Source: Octopus sinensis (Eukaryota). Taken from it: a stretch of DNA of 64,000 bases. Of the stretch, positions 1-13,519 are shown piece after piece. The DNA lies in the NCBI RefSeq assembly GCF_006345805.1, contig NC_043017.1:18724001-18788000 (forward strand). The letters run 5' to 3'. Positions within the stretch are counted from its first letter, which is position 1, and every line of letters starts with the position of its first letter. The notes beneath the pieces are model-generated. The model ran no database searches and had not been told where the DNA came from. It saw only the letters and a list, made by a program, of their open reading frames with translations. Both the position numbers and the translations under genes were made by a program.

Positions 1-2
1 AC

Positions 3-308
<306 letters not shown>

Positions 309-654
309 TAGCTGTTGTAAATCAGTCTCTGAAAAAAAGATACTTCACTAAACATGTAGCTATTCAAACAGATCATCAACTGTAACAATATTAAAATTCA
401 GCTTGTGGTAAATACAATGATGCATGTGTAAAATAAAAATTTTATTCATTAGATTAATTATTTCCTTTTTGTTTTTGTTGTTATAATGTTCTGAACGTTG
501 ATAGTTTACTGAAATAATTGAGTGGTTTTATCAATTTAAAGCTTGTGCACCATATATTGGTAAATATCAATATTGATACTTTCTTAGTATAAATAAATAT
601 ACAATTGATTTCTAATATTGATATAAGAATGCATACTTTGGAGAAGTTCAGGGT

Positions 655-850
655 GTCGTATATATGTATATATATGTATGTGTTTGTCCCCCTAGCATTG
701 CTTGACAACCGTCACTTAGCGGTTCAGCAAAAGAGACCGATAGAATAAGTACTGGGCTTACAAAGAATAAGTCCCATGGTCGATTTGCTCGACTAAAGGC
801 GGTGCTCCAGCATGGCTGCAGTCAAATTACTGAAACAAGTAAAAGAGTAT
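655..850 (+). mobile_element. SINE 3' part, family A (other copies near 16000-16345 +, 33960-34260 -, 34500-34780 -, 34815-35220 +, 47733-48040 +, 48140-48500 -, 53500-53660 +, 63480-63890 -)
   Basis: Recurrent core ACTTAGCGGTTC..GATAGAATAAGTACT..GGTCGATTTGCTCGACTAAAGGCGGTGCTCCAGCATGG; longer copies have a tRNA-like head. Confidence 0.8.
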
Positions 851-2075
851 ATTAAATTCATTTCAGTATTTAACAAGTAGTTATTTTATAAAACCAAGGA
901 ATATCATCATCATTATCATTTAATGTCCCTTTTTCTATGCTGGTAAGGGTTGGACAGTTTGACAAAAACAGACGAACTAGAGGGCTCTGCCAGGTTCTAT
1001 GTCTGCTTTGGTACGGCTTCTACAGTTGGAAGCCCTTCTCAAGACCAGCCACATAACAGTGTACTGGCACAGGTGAGCCCACCAAGTACCCACAAGACTC
1101 AACTGATCAGGGTATAAGAGTGGAGGAATAAGAAACTATGATTGAAGGAGAGGTCTTGCTGAAAAGGGGAATATATGGCTTGCTCACCTGGAAAGTGTGA
1201 AAGAGGTGTGAGGTCCAGGTACATCATTAATCGTTTCCATGCTTTTGCAGCACGTTGATGAACTACAATGAAAGTCTTCCTGATTAAGCACGAGTTCTCC
1301 CACTGGGTGAAGCCATAGTATTACTTCATTCTGATTTTGCCATAGCCATCATCATCATCGTTTAATGTCTGTTTTCCGTGCTAGCATGGGTTGGACAGTT
1401 CGACTGGGGTCTGGGAAGCCAGGGGGCTGCACCAGGCTCCAGTCTGATCTGGCAGTGTTTCTACAGCTGGATGCCCTTCCTAACACCAACCACTCCGTAA
1501 GTGTAGTGGGTGTTTTATACGTGCCACCAGAGTCACTCGTAAACAGAGCTGGATAACAAAACCATTCCCTCTTTAGTGTCCACCCATAATTATGACCCTA
1601 GTATCGATCTATTGCATTTCAATCTGTTTTAGGGTTAGGGGTGGGGGGAAGGGTATCTTTTTTTCTTCAGAAATGTAAATAAACCCAATCTGTTTCTTAA
1701 ACGAATATGTAATATGTGTATCTGTGCAACAGAGAGGAAAATTAAAACTGCATATGTTGTGAACTTAGAATATGTGTTTATTAATAAAAGTTTAATAACG
1801 ATAATCTTTTATTCATACGAACGTAACTGATATGAAATATGTCATAAATAGCAGGGACATTTTCATATGACATCGCAAAAAATTGTTGACAGACTTCGGC
1901 AGATATTGTTTTCACCTCAATAGACGTCACTGATTGGTTGAAATTGCCAAAATACAAGAAATTAAACAACAAATATGTTACAAACTACAGAATTTTCTCA
2001 AGAAAGCCAAGAGAAAATGATGTTTTATAAACACATTCTACCAGTATACGAAGTTTAAAAGTGTTTAGTTACAAA

Positions 2076-2167
2076 AATATAAGACATCCTCCGAAATAGC
2101 CCTAGTGCGTTTTTTTGGGACGCAAAATTAATCTAAGACCGGGTCTTATTTTCGGGGAAACACGGTA
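2076..2167. mobile_element. Terminus of a Tc1/mariner-superfamily (pogo/Tc2-like) DNA transposon
   Basis: Ends GTCTTATTTTCGGGGAAACACGG|TA, a typical TIR followed by a TA target. Confidence 0.55.
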
Positions 2168-2389
2168 TTTAGTATTGGAGTTAAGAAACAAACCACGAGC
2201 TACGTAATATCTGCAGGGTGAGTGCGTTTCGTTTTTTCTGTGTCGAGTTTTATTCTCTGTGTTTATATTTTGCTTCCTGTTTCGTTACGATGTTATTGGA
2301 ATCAGTTCCCCGGATAAATACGGATTTAGAAGACAAAATATATAAAGTAGATTACGTTGAAATTGTTAAAACTTGCTAAAAAAATTCTA

Positions 2390-2790
2390 TTGTTTGATAA
2401 ACATCGTTATTACTGGATCAGATCTAGTTTACAACTGACATTTAGTGGATCCAGTTAAACATAGATGATTGTTGCTAATGAACTGTGGAAAGAAATAGCA
2501 ACAGCATTCTTTATTATGCCGATGTGGAAAATTTAAACGAAGGTTTGTTGTAAAATTTAGTTGTGTTGAAGCTGTCGTTGTCCAGTCTGACTTGTGACAA
2601 CTTGAATATGTTGTGAAATCTTCGTCGTTGGCTCTATATTAATATGTAAGTATTATTGATAGAAACAATACATTGTATAGGTTGTGTCATCTTTCTACTA
2701 CATTTGTTTGCTTTGATGTGTTCAAAGATAAAGGAAAGTGAAGTAAAGAAGAAATTTGACCAAAGTAACGATGTTGCCTTAATCCGCATT
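2390..2790 (+). promoter_or_regulatory. Conserved upstream module of ZNF-2 (putative non-coding exon 1, donor at 2646; acceptor AG 3975-3976)
   Basis: GGCTCTATATTAATAT|GTAAGT and its flanks recur upstream of the paralogs; polypyrimidine-TTTCAG acceptor precedes the coding exon. Confidence 0.7.
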
Positions 2791-2954
2791 ATCTGTCACA
2801 TATGTGATATATGGTTTTATAGACTTCCCATTTTCTGGAAAATATGTCGTATCACTTCCTGTTGTTTTTAAATCTTTTACTTTCAATAAATTTTGCATGT
2901 CTAGTGACACAAATACGGAGAGTTTCAGGATATTTGCTCAACAGTATAAAGGAG

Positions 2955-3295
2955 CATTATTTACATTTGACGAATATTTGTCCTCATCTTTTTTTTTGTT
3001 AACACAACATTTCGGCTGATGTACCTTCCAGCCTTCATCAGGTGTGTTGGGGAAATTTCGAACCTGGGTTCTCATTCCTAAGGTTTATAGATTTATAAGC
3101 CCTAAAATTCACTCCATAATTACCCATGGACATATGGCGTTGTGGTCAAGAGCGCGGGCTACCAACCCCAAGATCAGATAATGCGCCAACAATGACACAA
3201 TTCGATTCCAGGCAGTGACCTGAATAATAACATCGAAAAATATCTTAGGAATGAGAACCCAGGTTCTGATGAAGGCTGGAGGGTATATCAGCTGT
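2955..3295. mobile_element. Two head-to-head copies of a tRNA-headed SINE with a hammerhead-like 3' part
   Basis: 3061-3083 is the reverse complement of 3244-3265; box A/B-like GGCGTTGTGGTCAAGAGCGC and TTCGATTCC; CTGATGA motif in both copies. Confidence 0.7.
3002..3045 (-). ncRNA. Minimal type I hammerhead ribozyme-like motif
   Basis: Minus strand: ACAC-CTGATGA-a-GGCTG-(10 nt)-CAGCC-GAAA-tg-T-T-GTGT. Confidence 0.6.
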
Positions 3296-4521
3296 AACTA
3301 TGATTTTATATTCTAATTAATCTTACATTATAAAAAAGAAAGAGTCCAATGGGTGCTTTTATGTGCCAGTTGCGTAGCACCAGTATCTCCACAACTATGA
3401 TTTCAGCGTATTGCTGAAGGTCTCGGTCATTGGTCATGCGAATACAGGTATATACATGTGTGTGTGTGTATAATTGTGCTCCACAACATCCTCTAGCCAT
3501 ACTTGGTCTGCAGGCTGCCATTGATTAATGAAAACTAAAATAAAGTCTTCAGTCAAATTACATCCATCACAAGAAATAAAGTATCTGACATGAAAGAGGA
3601 AGTTATGGAAAGGCAGTCACATTCATCTACTCTATTAGGATATTTCACTGTATTAACCAGACGATTGGACGTTGTCAGGCATCACTGGTTACAGTGCACT
3701 TCCTTGCATTGTTGTACTTTTTGAAGGATGCCTCCATGTGGGCTGGACAGCATTGGCCCAACATGGAACACCTGTCTGTCACAGAACTACCCATTTACAG
3801 CTGAGTGGCCTGGGGCAATGTGTAAGGAAGAGTTTTACTCACAAGCACAATGCACCACCACATTAGAATATAGATATGTATATATGTGAGAAATGTCATA
3901 AAATGTCCACTGTTGGATGTCTACTTTTCATTTAAATATCCTGTATATTTTATGTCTTGTTCTCTTTTTATTTCAGAATATCAGATGACATTGGCATAGT
4001 AGAAAGTTTTAAAGACGAAAGGAAAGTCTTATACACAAGAGATATAAACTTGTTTGTATAAATCTATGCAGGAATTGCTGTGAAATATTTGATCTGAACA
4101 GAGACAAGTTTTCAAAATTTCCTTACTTCGTTCTCTGAAATATGTACAGGATGATTTCAAGTTTTAATTAAACTCAATTGCAAAGAAGTTTGCAGCATAT
4201 TCAAATATCGACAGAGATCACAATTGACAGAAACATAACAGAAGAAACATTTGTGAGGAATAAAATATAACAGCAAAATTTTAAAATTATCGAAATTGTT
4301 GCAAGACACAACGAAAATTTTAGAAAAGTAAAAAAGAAATAAGTAGAAATTTTACTGGTGAGTGTGTTAAATTACAAGGCAGTAAAAGAGAAAGATTCTC
4401 CCCACACATAACAGAATATGCTTCAACACAAGAAATCACATGAAGAATCTTGCAAACCAAATCTAAAAGTGAAATAAAACTAAAAAAACCATTTGTATAT
4501 TGTGGTGAATGATGTAAAATT

Positions 4522-5556
4522 ATGGAAGATGAACTATGTGAGACCAAGGCTATATGTGAAAAACAATCAAATAATATTAATTTACCTGATGGTAAAATGA
4601 AAGAGAAAGAAAACCCATTACACCACTGTGACATCTGTAAAAGATCATTCACAACTAAAAGTAACTTAACTACTCATAACCTTATTCATACAGGAGAGAG
4701 AAAATATAACTGTAATATATGCAAAAAATCTTTCTTTCGAAAAGGGAATTTAGGTGTTCATAAACGTATTCATACAGGAGAAGAACCATATCGCTGTGAC
4801 ATTTGTGGTAAATCATTCTCTGTAAATAGTAGCCTAACAACTCACAAACGTATTCATACAGGAGAAGAGCCATATCAGTGTGAAATTTGTAAGAAGTCTT
4901 TCTCCCAAACAGGTACATTGACTGCTCACAGACGTATTCACACTGGAGAAAAACCATATCACTGTGATATCTGTGGTAAATCATTCTCTATTAATAGTCA
5001 TTTAACTTCTCACAAACGTATTCATACAGGAGAGAAACCATATCACTGTGATATCTGTGGTAAGCTATTTTCTGGAAATAGTTCTTTAAATCTGCACAGG
5101 CGCATTCATACAGGAGAAATGCCATATCGGTGTGATATCTGTGGGAAATCATTCTCTGGGAGTAGTGATTTAACTAGACACAAACGTATTCATACAGGAG
5201 AAGAACCATATCGTTGTGATGTATGTGGTAAATCATTCTCTTTAAGTGGTAACTTAAGTAAACACAAAGTTATTCATTCAGGAGAGAAGTTATATCATTG
5301 TGATATCTGTGGTAAATCATTCTCTCTAAGTTGTACCTTAACTAAACATAAAGTTACACATACAGGAGAAAAACCACACCACTGTGATATCTGTGGTAAG
5401 TCATTCTCTGCAAAAAGTTCCTTAAACATACATAAACGTATTCATACAGGAGACAAACGATACCAGTGTGATGTCTGTAACAAGTTGTTCACTCAAAAAT
5501 GTAACTTAACTACTCACAAACGGATTCATTACAAGAGAGAATCTACATCCCTGTGA
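4522..5556 (+). CDS. C2H2 zinc-finger protein ZNF-2, 11 tandem fingers
   Basis: 344-aa ORF: MEDELCE leader followed by 11 C-x2-C-x12-H-x3-H repeats with TGEKPY-type linkers. Confidence 0.96.
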   Translation: MEDELCETKAICEKQSNNINLPDGKMKEKENPLHHCDICKRSFTTKSNLTTHNLIHTGERKYNCNICKKSFFRKGNLGVHKRIHTGEEPYRCDICGKSFSVNSSLTTHKRIHTGEEPYQCEICKKSFSQTGTLTAHRRIHTGEKPYHCDICGKSFSINSHLTSHKRIHTGEKPYHCDICGKLFSGNSSLNLHRRIHTGEMPYRCDICGKSFSGSSDLTRHKRIHTGEEPYRCDVCGKSFSLSGNLSKHKVIHSGEKLYHCDICGKSFSLSCTLTKHKVTHTGEKPHHCDICGKSFSAKSSLNIHKRIHTGDKRYQCDVCNKLFTQKCNLTTHKRIHYKRESTSL

Positions 5557-6679
5557 AATCTGATAAATCGTTCTCTCAGACTTCTCTGTTCATGAGACAC
5601 AAACATATTCTTGCAGTAGGGAACTGTGATGTCTATTATATTTCAGTCTCTGAAAAAAAGTTGCTTAACTAAATATGTATTTATTCAAACAGAACACTAA
5701 CTGTATCGATTTTAAAATTCACCTTGTAAATACAATTATACGTGTACAATTAAAATTGTATTCCAATTAATTAGTTCTTTGTTGTTATAATTGTAATGTC
5801 CAACTCATGCCAGCATGGAAAAACGGACGTTAAACGATGATAATGAAATATCGATTGTTTACTTTGTTATAATTTAGTGATTTTTGTCAATATTGGAAAA
5901 TATCAATATTGAAAGTGGGATGCACAGCAGCTGGTGTGTGTCGTCAGACAGCAGCAGAAGCATGCAGAAGTCAGCCGCCGCTCCGTTGGTGGGCACAAAT
6001 GCTCACACACCAATCCACAGAGCGAACACCAAGTGATGGTGGTGGTGGCCATAGAAGAAGAAAGAGCGGACGATGTGTTAGCAGCGGGCATGAGGAGACA
6101 GAGTACTTTTACGGGTGGTACTCTTTTCTTCCCCATCTTCCTTTCAACGTTGCTCTGCTCTGTTATATGTCCCCGCTGTGCTTCGAGCACGTGGTGGTGA
6201 TCATCGAAAGTCGAATGCAAAGCAGCACAAAGATGACAGTCTGGTATGGTGGGAGTCAGAGAATTGAGCGATGCACTCGTCGGGCAGGAAGTGGGCCATT
6301 TCAAAAAGCTTGCTGGGCAATAAGATCACAATGACAGCACAAAAAGCTAAAAAACAATTGCATTAATAACATCACTCAGAGTTCTGTATGGCGTTTTCTT
6401 TTATTTGAAATCTTGCTTTCATTTTGATGCACAGACCTAATTCATCAGACAGAAATTCAGGAAAAATCCTTTTTTTTAAATTTTGTTTTCAATTCGTCTT
6501 ATGATTTATTTGTACTGGCGGAAAAATCATTCACATTTTTATAGAAAAGATTTATTGATGAGGTCCTATAAGTTAAATAGTTCCATCCAGTCTGTTCCGA
6601 ATAAATTTGGCTTTTAAGGTTTTTCCATGAAATGTAAGGTCATTTAATAATTTTCCCTTAAAATGTTTATTTCCTGTTG

Positions 6680-7127
6680 ATGACTGGCATCCGTGCTAGT
6701 GGAGTGTTAAGAGCATGATCATTGCCAGAATGGCTAACTGGCTTCCGTGCTGGTGGCATATAAAAAGCACCATTCAAGCGTGATCGTTACCAGCGTTGCC
6801 TTACTGGCACTTGTGCTGGTGGCACGTGAAAAAACATTCAAATGAGGTCGTTGCCAGTGCCGCTGAACTGGCTCCTGTGCAGGTGGCACGTAAAAAAGAC
6901 CATTTGAGCGTGGCCATTGCCAGTACCGCCTGACTGCCTTTCGTGCTGTTGGCACGTAAAAGCACCCACTACACTCTCAAAGTGGTTGGCGTTAGGAAGG
7001 GCATCCAGCTGTAGAAACTCTGCCAGATCAAGACTGGAGCTTGGTGCAGCCATCTGGTTCGCCAGTCCTCAGTCAAATCATCCAACCCATGCTAGCATGG
7101 AAAGCGGACGTTAAACAATGATGATGA
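6680..7127 (+). mobile_element. Retroposon with (GAT)n tail, family B (other copies near 905-1060, 1348-1530, 15427-15634, 20830-21075, 27165-27300, 35403-35600, 42478-42890, 52690-53000, 53303-53475, 55112-55335, 63115-63300)
   Basis: Recurrent GTTAGGAAGGGCATCCAGCTGTAGAAAC...CCAACCCATGCTAGCATGGAAAGCGGACGTTAAAC(GAT)n in both orientations, variably 5'-truncated. Confidence 0.85.
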
Positions 7128-8504
7128 GCAATTTTCGAAGTTTCTTTTAATCTATGTCTCCCAAAATTTTTCCATGTATCCGTGTTAATTATCAAGATAT
7201 CACTGCCATTATCCAATTGTAACTTTACGTTTGTGTTATCAATTTTTTCAAACACAAATTTCCTTTGAGGCTCATTCGTATTTCTTGTCACCAATAGCCT
7301 GTTTACATGATTTTTTGTCAAACACATTTTAGGTTTTGTTTTACAGTGTGATTTTTTTTTACCTATCTTATCACACTTGAAGCATTTTATATTTTTAAAT
7401 GGACAGTTACTTTTAAAATGTAGACCACCGCACCCATAATATGGATTCGTTCTTGACATTTTTTCTCATCCATTGTCAACGTGCAGTTTTATCTGCATCT
7501 CATCTTAGATTTACAATCCTATGACATACTTCTGCTACTGCCTGCAGAGTTAAATTTTGGTTCTGTGCTAATTTTGTTCATATCCAGGAACATACATCTG
7601 CAACTTTGCTTACAGTAAGCCCTTGAACAAAAATTAGACATTTGAACATGTCTGAGATTAATTCATGAAATTTGAATTTTTCACTCTCTGTTAACAACTC
7701 CAGCATACGTGACAAAATCTTCATCTTTTTTTACCAAATTTACACATTGGCAGCAAGTATTGATGAGGACACTGAAAATTTTCGATAAAATATTTTCATC
7801 GAAACAAATCTCAATTGGTTTCTTTGGTAGAATATAGTTACTATATTTCTTGTGTTCAGCAGGGGATAACTTTCTTAAAAGTAGTTATACTTTTTTCTTC
7901 ATCTGACCAATTTTTACATTCTTGTTTGAAGATTTCTTCATCTCTTTGAAAATATGCAGAGAAGGTAATCCCTTCTTCTGGTTTATAACTGAATTTGCTA
8001 CGCTGTCTGGCGAATAAGAACCTGCAGTATTTTCAGACTTCTTCAACAGTAATTCCAGCAACTGTTGGTTTTTGTTGTTGCTGTAACTGCACCATGGAGG
8101 CCAATAGGTCACCCATGTTAAAACAATTTTTTCTTTGGTTTCGTACCAAAAAAAAAAAAAAAATTGTAAACATCCAACACAAACTTCAAACAACTCATTG
8201 CCACTTTTATATCCTGGTGTTGAATAAATAATTTAATGAAGCAGGAGGAAAGAAATATTTACATGATGCAATACGATTACTATTACACAAGACTCAATAC
8301 TCTCAATCAATTGCTCACCATTCTTTATTTTATAGCAATGAGTCAGTCCACTTTTAGTCACTTGGGAGTGGTCTGAATCCTTCCACAATAAAAGACTTAA
8401 ATGAAGAACTAAGGACCAACAGCTTTTCTTATTTTGTTCATGGAATGGAACACTAGCACACACCACAACATATGACAGAAGGGGATCCCCATAAACTGGT
8501 TACA
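7128..8504 (-). mobile_element. Degenerate Ty3/Gypsy LTR retrotransposon 5' part (LTR, PBS, gag, protease)
   Basis: Zinc-knuckle remnants (CFKCDKIG...HC) and protease motif LQLDNGSD in 7073-7459; broken gag upstream; PBS-like TGGCAATGAG at 8203-8194; candidate LTR start TGTAACC at 8504. Confidence 0.8.
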
Positions 8505-9845
8505 ATATAAACAAAACTGAAAACATAATAAAATAAAATACACAGATAAATAAACAAATGGAAGTAAATAACTATATACATTTTTTATTATTTAAAAAAA
8601 TTTTTATTTTTATCATTATTATTATTGTTATACATACATAATAATAATAATAATAATAAGTGGGTGTAACCACATGAACAAAATAAGAATAAACAAAAAC
8701 TACACGAACGTATATAAATAGGAGAAACAAATATTACAGGCATTTCCCACACACACTAACTAAACAAACACGCACATCGAGATATACGCATGCGCAAATG
8801 AAGACACATACACTAGAAATACAAAATGGTTGATAGTTAGTAAGGAGAGACACACAAATAAGAAAGAAGAAAGCAAAGGACCACTGATGCAGTCACAGGA
8901 GTGTGACAAAAGAACTCTGGCCGAAATAAGATTAAGATTAATGTAAAAAATAAATAACGCTGAAGCAAAGTAACATCAAATATATAGTGCGTGTGTTTTT
9001 ATTGGCTAAACTGGCAAAATGACCATTCCTAAATACAACAATATCTGTTTCAACACACGACTTCACATCAAAAATCTTGCAAAACAAATATATATATATA
9101 TATGTATGTATATATCCAGATTTTAAAGAACTCAGTTTCTTTAGTTGATGATTTAATGATGACATTCGATAAGGCTTTTATTAAAATGTTGAAATAGCAA
9201 AGATCTCATATGAAAACAGTTCCTTTCGCTTTGTTTGTTCAACACAATGTACATCACAGATTGGCAGTGAAGTTAATATCAATAAAGATTATGAATGGTT
9301 GAAATATAGATTTCCAAACAATTTTTTATCTTTACACAGACACAGAAAATGGCAGTGAATATTAACAAAAATTTGATTTATTTGATAATAAAAAAAAAAT
9401 GAAATTTATTAAAGATTTAAAAAGTAAAAATGGCACAGAGCCTAGTCTCTGATTCTTGAAAATGTCCCTATGAAAACACTTCATCACACTTCAACAAATC
9501 ACTTCAACATCTCTTGTGTGGTATACCATACACCTGTGCAGGCAACATTGATTTGATGGAAGGAGTGAACTAGTGTGCAGCTTATCAATTCTCAGTCAGA
9601 CCATCCAACCCATACCAGCATGGAAAGCGGATGTTAAATGATGATGATGACGATTGCAGAAATGTCTTCCTCAGACTATAACAGACCATCATTAATCATC
9701 ATCTTACCTCACCAATGTAAGATATAACAGGGATTATATAAAATACAGTGGTAAGATGTTATCACACTGTTACATCCTCTCTACTGCAATGAAGTATAAT
9801 AAATTGGGTGGGGGTGGGGTTTCCATCGCATACAATGGGTTAGAT

Positions 9846-10028
9846 CAGTGGTTCTCACCTGGGGTCCCTATGAAATTTTATTGCTGAAATTTATGTGCAA
9901 TAAAATTGGTTGCATTTCTACCCAAAATCTTTTAGTTTTTCTTACACAATTCCTAATAATATTTAATTATAAAAATGTTACAGGATTGTTTAAAACACCA
10001 ACAGGTGAAAAAGGGTTGGGAAATACTA
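9846..10028. mobile_element. hAT-like MITE
   Basis: Termini CAGTGGTTCTCACCT and GGGTTGGGAAATACTA; TTAGAT on both flanks; related 5' end near 29853. Confidence 0.55.
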
Positions 10029-10258
10029 ATTAGATAGATGCAGTAATTACATCACAAGAGCACACACACTGTTGAAATCTTTGTTCAAATTAATGTTTTT
10101 CCTCTTGCTCATTCTGTACCTTTGGTAATTTTATGAATTTTTGTAAGGTATCAATTTTCATAAAATTACTAAATTTACAAAGAAAGAAAATCCAAATTGA
10201 ATGACAAAATTTAACAACCTGTTGGATTGTATTTACTGAAACCCAAACTGTGAAACAG

Positions 10259-11782
10259 TTATTGTTGTGTATGAGCAGCTACATGTTTGGTTAAGGAACC
10301 TTTCTGTGAGAATGATTTACCACAAATACTGCATTGATGTGGCTTCTCTCCTGTATGAATAAATTTATGTTTAGTTAAAGTATCATTTCTTGAGAATGAT
10401 TTACCACATATATCACAGGAATATGGCTTTTCCCCAGTATGAACGCGTTTATGAGTGGTTAACTGACTACTTACAGTGAACGCTCTGCCACACACAACAC
10501 AACAATATGGCTTCTCTCCTGTATGAATACGTTTGTGTTTAGAGAAGGCACTATTTCCAGAGAATGATTTACCACAAATATCACAGGTATATGGCTTCTC
10601 TCCTGTATGAATGCGTTTGTGAGTGGTTAGTTGGCTACTAACAGAAAATGATTTACCACAGATATCACAGTGATATGGTTTCTCTCCAGTATGAATACGC
10701 TTATGAGAAATTAATTCACCACTCTGACAAAATGATTTACCACACACATCACAGTGATATGGCTTCTCTCCTGTATGAGTACGTTTATGAGTTGTTAAAT
10801 CGCCAATTCCAGAAAATAATTTACTACAGATATCACAATGATATGGCTTCTCTCCTGTATGAATACGTTTATGCTTAGTCAGGTCACCGTTCTGAGAGAA
10901 TGATTTATTACAGATATCACAGTGATATGGCTTCTCTCCCGTATGAATACGTTTATGTTTAGTTAAGTCTCCTTGTTGAGAGAATGATTTACCACAGACA
11001 TCACAGTGATAAGGTTTCTCTCCTGTATGAACACGTTTGTGATTGGTTAATTGACAATTTACAGAGAATGATTTACCACAGATATCACAACGATATGGCT
11101 TCTCTCCAGTATGGATACGTTTGTGAATGGTTATATCACCACTCCCAGAGAACGACTTTCCACAGATATCACAGTGATATGGCTTCTCACCTGTATGAAT
11201 ACGTTTATGTTTAGTTAAAGCGCCACTTCTAGAGAATGATTTACCACAGATATCACAGTGATATGGCTTCTCACCTGTATGAACAGATCTATGTTTAGTT
11301 AAATAACTAAGTACAGAAAATGATTTGCCACAGATATTACAGTAATGCGATTTCTTTCCTGTGTGAATGAGTTTGTGAGTAGATAATTGACTACTTCCAG
11401 AGAATGATTTACCACAGGCATCACAGTGATATGGCTTCTCTCCTGTATGAATACGCATGTGTAAATTTAAGGCACTCTTTTCAGAGAATGATTTGCCACA
11501 GATATCACAGTGATATGGTTTCTCTCCAGTATGAATACGTTTATGAGAAATTAAATAACTACTTCTATAAAATGATTTACCACAAATGTCACAGCGATAT
11601 GGTACTTCTCCCGTATGAAGACGTTGGTGAGTTGTTAAGTTACCTTTTTGAGCAAATGTCTTCTTACAGATGTCACACTTGTACAATGCTTTCCCTCTCT
11701 CTTTCTTTTTATTATTAGGGAAACCAATCCTGTTAGATTGTTTTTCACAATTATCCTTGTTCTCATGTATTTCACCTTCCAT
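10259..11782 (-). CDS. C2H2 zinc-finger protein ZNF-3, 17 tandem fingers
   Basis: 507-aa ORF: family leader plus 17 fingers. Confidence 0.96.
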   Translation of the reverse strand: MEGEIHENKDNCEKQSNRIGFPNNKKKERGKALYKCDICKKTFAQKGNLTTHQRLHTGEVPYRCDICGKSFYRSSYLISHKRIHTGEKPYHCDICGKSFSEKSALNLHMRIHTGEKPYHCDACGKSFSGSSQLSTHKLIHTGKKSHYCNICGKSFSVLSYLTKHRSVHTGEKPYHCDICGKSFSRSGALTKHKRIHTGEKPYHCDICGKSFSGSGDITIHKRIHTGEKPYRCDICGKSFSVNCQLTNHKRVHTGEKPYHCDVCGKSFSQQGDLTKHKRIHTGEKPYHCDICNKSFSQNGDLTKHKRIHTGEKPYHCDICSKLFSGIGDLTTHKRTHTGEKPYHCDVCGKSFCQSGELISHKRIHTGEKPYHCDICGKSFSVSSQLTTHKRIHTGEKPYTCDICGKSFSGNSAFSKHKRIHTGEKPYCCVVCGRAFTVSSQLTTHKRVHTGEKPYSCDICGKSFSRNDTLTKHKFIHTGEKPHQCSICGKSFSQKGSLTKHVAAHTQQ

Positions 11783-12289
11783 AATTTTTCATCTTTCACC
11801 ACAATATAGTGATGAATTTCTTTCTTTTTCTTAGTTACAATCTCTTATTCCAAACTAATATTTCTATGTTTCCATAAACTGTTTCTTTGAGGTCCGAAAA
11901 TGCTGCAAACTCCTTTGCAACTAACATTTAATTCCAAACAGTGAGTTAGAGAAATTGTGCATAAATTTATACAAACAGATTTATATCTCTTCTGTATAAC
12001 ATCTTCCTTCAGTCTTGAACAAATGATTAATATTGATGTGTTTCAAGTAAAAAATTTCCCTCTTTGTCAAGGTCATCAGATCTTCTGAAATAAAAGAGAA
12101 ACTGACTAAAATATCAACCATAGTAAAATAAATAAATAAATAAATAAATTTCAAACCCTAAAAGTTAAACAACTTGCACATACACACAGTCAGTTTTCGA
12201 TTCTGGATCAAAGAACATCATGTAATTAGGTATTTTTAGAAAATTTTTGTGAATTTGTGTTCTACAAACTCTATCTTGTACACCTTAAC

Positions 12290-13060
12290 CTTTATTGATC
12301 ACACTGGCACTGGAAGACTTGCAATGGTCATTGCAAGTGCATCCATGAGAGTGTGTAAGAAGACATTTACTAACAGAAAAAAAGCTGCAATGCCCAAGCA
12401 ATTTGGGGGTCTTGGTCTTCCTAAGTATTCATCCTCTCTCTCCCTTGTTTCCTTTCCTCCATTCACGCCTGCCCCACCCTGGTGAGCAACATCCTCTCTG
12501 ACCAGTTCCAACAGGGAGTTGGATCAAGCTCTCCAATACTGGAGTGAATTGGGTTTGTCTGCTCTAGAGAAGGTGGAGGACTGTTGGAGTCAGAATGCTT
12601 GGGACAACATAATTTTGAAGGCCACCTTTGACTCCTTCTTCATCCAGTCGGACCAGTTTTTGGACAGCTTACAGTCTGTTAGTGCCAAATACTCAGGTGA
12701 CTGGATTGATGCCATCCTTGTGGCTAATGTTGGTGGCTTCTTCTGCTTGGACAAACTTCATGTTTTCATTGCTCTCAGAGTGAGAGCTGATGTCTGCATG
12801 GGTTTGAGCTGCCGTTGTGGCAAGTTCTTTGACTCAACAGGCCTCCACGGTATTTCCTTCCACCTGAATGCTGATTGCTTCGCGTGTCATATGAAGTTAA
12901 ACCTTATACTCAAGAAGAGCTTGGTCTGGGCAAACATTCCCAACGCCCCCACCCATCTTGAAATAATCTGGGTTGTCCAGATGTGATATGAAAAACCCTA
13001 CCGGCCTCACCCTGCGCCCCTGATCAAGAGGCAGATACCTTGTCTGGGATGTCACAATAC
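12290..13060 (+). mobile_element. Degenerate CRE-clade non-LTR retrotransposon (3' part), antisense in ZNF-3 intron
   Basis: Motifs GGLGL, SGDWIDA, IALRV, CRCGKFFDSTGLHGIS, LNLILKKSL and YLVWDVT, characteristic of the CRE zinc-knuckle/RLE region. Confidence 0.75.
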
Positions 13061-13519
13061 AAAAGGAAGACTTGCCGAGAAGTTTCCCTGGGCCCCCAAA
13101 TTTTCAACCTAAGGTGGTGATTTTTTTTCTCCCCATTATTCACTATTTTTCCACTTGTGAGAGTTTTACCGTACTACATCAAAATATTTCATCTGAATTT
13201 AGCGATGTTGGTAAAAATTTTGAATATTTTTAGTCACTGATTTTAGATTCTGTGATCTGGAAAATATCGATCTCTAAACAACATCAAAATCACTTTAAAT
13301 CAGCGATGTTGAGCAAAACTTGTCACGTTTATATTTTAGAAATAAAGGTTAAAGTTGAGACTAAACAATTTATTCAATTGACTTTAAGAAATACAAACTT
13401 CCTCTTTGAGTTGAAGTTAAGATATGGGGGAATAACGATAACTGAAACTGAGTGTGGTAAGGAAAACAGTGGAAGTATTAAGACAACAAAACTCACTATA
13501 TTACATGCAACAAGCGTAT

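Noticed and set aside
1628-1655. Telomere-like TTAGGGTTAGGG with G-tract
   Set aside because: Only two units, within what looks like an interspersed repeat; not evidence of a chromosome fusion.
5903-6334. Overlapping 88-141-aa ORFs in a GC-richer patch
   Set aside because: No recognisable motif; open on both strands because of base composition; probably an unclassified TE fragment.
8878-8935. Third hammerhead-like motif (CTGATGC...GGCCGAAA)
   Set aside because: Core A is substituted and stems I and III cannot be paired; at most a decayed relic.
10259-11700. Regular 84-bp repeats with variable cores that resemble a CRISPR repeat-spacer array
   Set aside because: They are in-frame C2H2 finger codons in eukaryotic DNA, and no cas genes are present.
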